The notes below the pieces were generated by a model. That model saw only the letters and a list, made by a program, of their open reading frames with translations, ran no database searches and was not told the origin of the DNA. Source: Geopsychrobacteraceae bacterium (lineage in GTDB: Bacteria; Desulfobacterota; Desulfuromonadia; Desulfuromonadales; Geopsychrobacteraceae). Taken from it: a DNA stretch of 64,000 bases. Positions 61,316-64,000 of the stretch are shown here, in pieces. The translations under genes and the position numbers were made by a program. Location: assembly GCA_963676795.2 (NCBI GenBank), contig CAXXTB010000002.1, forward strand, positions 128,001 to 192,000, given 5' to 3'. Positions within the stretch are counted from its first letter, which is position 1. Each line of letters begins with the position of its first letter.

Positions 61316-61618
61316 ATGAACAGTATCGCTGACATTACCATGAAGGCTCACCTCCAGGGAATGAGCCAGGTCAAGACCAGCCCGATCCAGCAAAGCGCCG
61401 ACAAATTCGGCGCAGCCCTGCTGAAATCGATCTCCGAGGTGAACCAGTCGCAGATCAATGCGGACAAGGCCGCCGAGCAGATCGCCGCCGGTGATACCAA
61501 GAACCTGCACGAAGCGATGATCAAGCTCGAAGAAGCGGATATCTCACTGCGCCTGATGGTGCAGGTTAGAAATAAAGCTGTCGAGGCGTACCAAGAGATT
61601 ATGAGAATGCAAGTTTGA
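61316..61618 (+). CDS. fliE: Flagellar hook-basal body protein
   Basis: LHEAMI..A..SL..VQVRNK..AYQEIMRMQV. Confidence 0.95.
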   Translation: MNSIADITMKAHLQGMSQVKTSPIQQSADKFGAALLKSISEVNQSQINADKAAEQIAAGDTKNLHEAMIKLEEADISLRLMVQVRNKAVEAYQEIMRMQV

Positions 61619-61719
61619 TGGAGACACCTTAGGTTCCACCATCAAAGTTATTGCAAAATTGGTTGAAGCACGAATCAGATTGACCCAGGGCAGAGCCAGA
61701 TAATCGGAGGATGTGACCG

Positions 61720-63342
61720 ATGGCAGACGAAAAGAACGATATCATGAAAACAGGCGCAGGGGCTGAAGAGAAGGCCGCTGACGTCAAAAAGAACATCATC
61801 GACGTCATCAAGGAGTGGCCACTGATGCGCAAGCTCAGTCTGGCCGGTGCGGTGGTTGTCTGTGTAGTTCTTTTCGGTGTGATTATCGCTCAGTCGCGGG
61901 TAGCGGACTACAGCCTGCTGTTCGCCAATCTGCCCAGTCGGGACGCCGCTACCGTTGTCCAGTGGCTGAAGGACCGCAAGATCCCTTACCGTCTTGATGA
62001 TGGCGGCCGCGATATCCTGATCCCAGCCGATCAGGTCTATGAGGCACGCATCGAGCTGGCCGGTTCCGGTCTGGCCGAAGGCGGAGTCGGTTTCGAGATC
62101 TTCGACAAGCAGAGCTTTGGCATGACCGATTTTGCCCAGAAGGTCAACTACCGTCGGGCCATGCAGGGCGAACTGCAGCGCACCATTTCCTCGCTGGCTC
62201 CGGTTGAATCGGCGCGCATCCATCTGGCGATCCCGGAAAAACGTCTGTTCCGTGAAGAGCAGCAGGCTGCGACAGCCTCGGTCATCGTCAAGCTTGAGCA
62301 GGGCCGTTATCTGACCGAACCTCAGTTGCAGGGGATCGTCCACCTGGTGGCTGGCAGTGTCGAAGGACTGGAAGCCGAGAATGTCACCGTCGTTGACTCG
62401 AGTGGCAAGGTTCTCTCCAAGAGCCGCGCCGATGAACTGGGCGGGCCGATGACCCCGGGCATGCTGACCTATCAGCAGACCATGGAAAAACGCCTGGAAA
62501 GCCGCGCCCAGTCGCTGCTTGACCGTGCTCTCGGAGCCGGCAACTCGCTGGTCCGGGTCAATGCCGAGCTTGATTTCGATCAGCGTGAACGGGTCGAAGA
62601 GGCGCTTGATCCGAAAGGTTCGGTGGTGGTCAGCGAACAGACCAGTAATGAAGAGGGGGGCGGCGAGGTCTCCCAGGGGGTTCCCGGGGTCGTCTCCAAC
62701 CTGCAGAACAACGGTGGCTCGACCACGGCCAGAACGCCGGCGAGCCGTTCCAACGAGACGGTCAATTACGAGCTGAGTAAGGTGGTCAGCAAAACCGTCG
62801 AGTCGGTCGGCAGCCTCAAGGCCCTGTCGGTCTCGGTGCTGGTGGCCGACCGCGTGAGCACGGGTGCCAACCCCGGTGATCCGCCGGTCAGCACGCCGCG
62901 CAGCGCCCAGGAACTGCAGGAGATCGAGCAGATGATGCGCAGTGCTCTGGGGATCAATGACACCCGTGGCGATCTGATTTCTGTCGTATCGATGCCGTTT
63001 GAAAGCAGTTTCGAAGAGCAGCTCCCGGCGCCGACCGTGGTCGAGAAGGTCTATCCCTTCATGCCGCTCATCAAGTATGTGCTGCTGGCGATTGCCGCTC
63101 TGTTTGTCTACCTGCTGTTCTTCCGCCCGCTGATGAAAACCCTGCGTGGTGTCAAGGAAGAGACTCAACCGATGAAAACGGTGGAAGAGCTTGAAGCGGA
63201 GCTGCGTGGTGGAGAAGGGCCAGCGTTGCTCGGGACTTCTTCCGATCCCCTCGAGCGACTTCGTCAGGAAGTTATGGGAGGAGGTGCCGTGCCTGTTCAG
63301 ATCATCAAAACCTGGTTGCGTGAAGAAACAGCCGAATCATGA
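61720..63342 (+). CDS. fliF: Flagellar M-ring protein
   Basis: GFEIFDK..FG.TDF, RA.QGEL.RTI, ARIHLAIP, LSVSVLV, two TM. Confidence 0.96.
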   Translation: MADEKNDIMKTGAGAEEKAADVKKNIIDVIKEWPLMRKLSLAGAVVVCVVLFGVIIAQSRVADYSLLFANLPSRDAATVVQWLKDRKIPYRLDDGGRDILIPADQVYEARIELAGSGLAEGGVGFEIFDKQSFGMTDFAQKVNYRRAMQGELQRTISSLAPVESARIHLAIPEKRLFREEQQAATASVIVKLEQGRYLTEPQLQGIVHLVAGSVEGLEAENVTVVDSSGKVLSKSRADELGGPMTPGMLTYQQTMEKRLESRAQSLLDRALGAGNSLVRVNAELDFDQRERVEEALDPKGSVVVSEQTSNEEGGGEVSQGVPGVVSNLQNNGGSTTARTPASRSNETVNYELSKVVSKTVESVGSLKALSVSVLVADRVSTGANPGDPPVSTPRSAQELQEIEQMMRSALGINDTRGDLISVVSMPFESSFEEQLPAPTVVEKVYPFMPLIKYVLLAIAALFVYLLFFRPLMKTLRGVKEETQPMKTVEELEAELRGGEGPALLGTSSDPLERLRQEVMGGGAVPVQIIKTWLREETAES

Positions 63343-63377
63343 TCTGTTGTGTTTGATATGGGGAGTATAACAAGGTG

Positions 63378-64000
63378 ATGAAAGCAAAAGCTCTGACTGG
63401 AGCTCAAAAAGCGGCAATCCTTCTGCTGTGTCTTGGCGAAGAAGTCTCGGGTAAGATTTTCGAAGCCCTGGATGATAAGGAAGTGCGTGAAATCACCCGT
63501 GAGATGATCGCTATCGAACATGTCGACGGGGCCGTGGCGCGGGAAATTCTTGAGGAGTACAACAAGGTCCGTGGTGGTGATATCGGCGTTTATGTCCGCG
63601 GTGGAGAGTTTGCCAAACATGCGATATTGGGGACCGGGGATCCGACCCGCGCCCAGAATCTGCTGGAACAGGTTCATGCCGGGATCGAATCACGTCCTTT
63701 GGAAACCATTTCCAAAATGCATCCGCGGATGGTTGCCGGCTTGCTGGAAAATGAACATCCCCAGACGGTGGCGCTTATTTTGTCGACCCAGAAAGAAGAT
63801 CTGACCAGCCGGGTCCTTTCTGAAATGCCTGACGATCTGCGCGGTGAAATCGTCTACCGGATCGCCAAGATTGACACCGTATCACCGGAGGTCATCAATC
63901 AGATTGAGGAAGCTCTTCAGCGGGATGTCGGTGTCGCTGTGGGCCGTGACCAGAAGCAGGTCGGCGGGATCGATAAGGTTGTCGAGATTCTGGCCAAACT
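63378..64000 (+). CDS. fliG: Flagellar motor switch protein (partial, runs off the window)
   Basis: LTGAQKAAILLLCLGEE, EHPQTVALILS. Confidence 0.93.
   Translation, partial: MKAKALTGAQKAAILLLCLGEEVSGKIFEALDDKEVREITREMIAIEHVDGAVAREILEEYNKVRGGDIGVYVRGGEFAKHAILGTGDPTRAQNLLEQVHAGIESRPLETISKMHPRMVAGLLENEHPQTVALILSTQKEDLTSRVLSEMPDDLRGEIVYRIAKIDTVSPEVINQIEEALQRDVGVAVGRDQKQVGGIDKVVEILAK

Overview
A 64-kb chromosomal window of a GC-rich anaerobe. The gene set (GSU3473-type protein, LbtU-like porin, class III RNR, TPR-flgB flagellar cluster) suggests a Desulfuromonadales/Geobacterales-type deltaproteobacterium; this is inference. Most of it is housekeeping: rsfS-rlmH-dksA-lapB-gpmI-comF, engB, cbiET, dus, murI, pgi, asd, queF, tex, a MoxR operon, two MCPs, SulP and the start of the flgB-flgC-fliE-fliF-fliG operon. 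Features the ORF track misses or breaks: (1) three tandem paralogous 31-33 aa hydrophobic micro-proteins at 46.2-46.6 kb, each with its own RBS, a shared terminator and mostly synonymous divergence; (2) a class III RNR split so that the glycyl-radical loop lies on a separate 48-aa ORF, followed by an nrdG with no canonical start; (3) a selenocysteine peroxiredoxin with an in-frame UGA and a SECIS hairpin; (4) a group II intron inserted in a ~400-bp palindromic REPIN/MITE-like element, with an empty copy of the element at 6.5-6.9 kb, an atypical 5' end and a stop-interrupted YCDD reverse transcriptase; (5) Fur, NrdR, DnaA, sigma54 and IHF sites. No rRNA, tRNA or CRISPR array was seen. Family assignments come from motif recognition by eye, not database searches.
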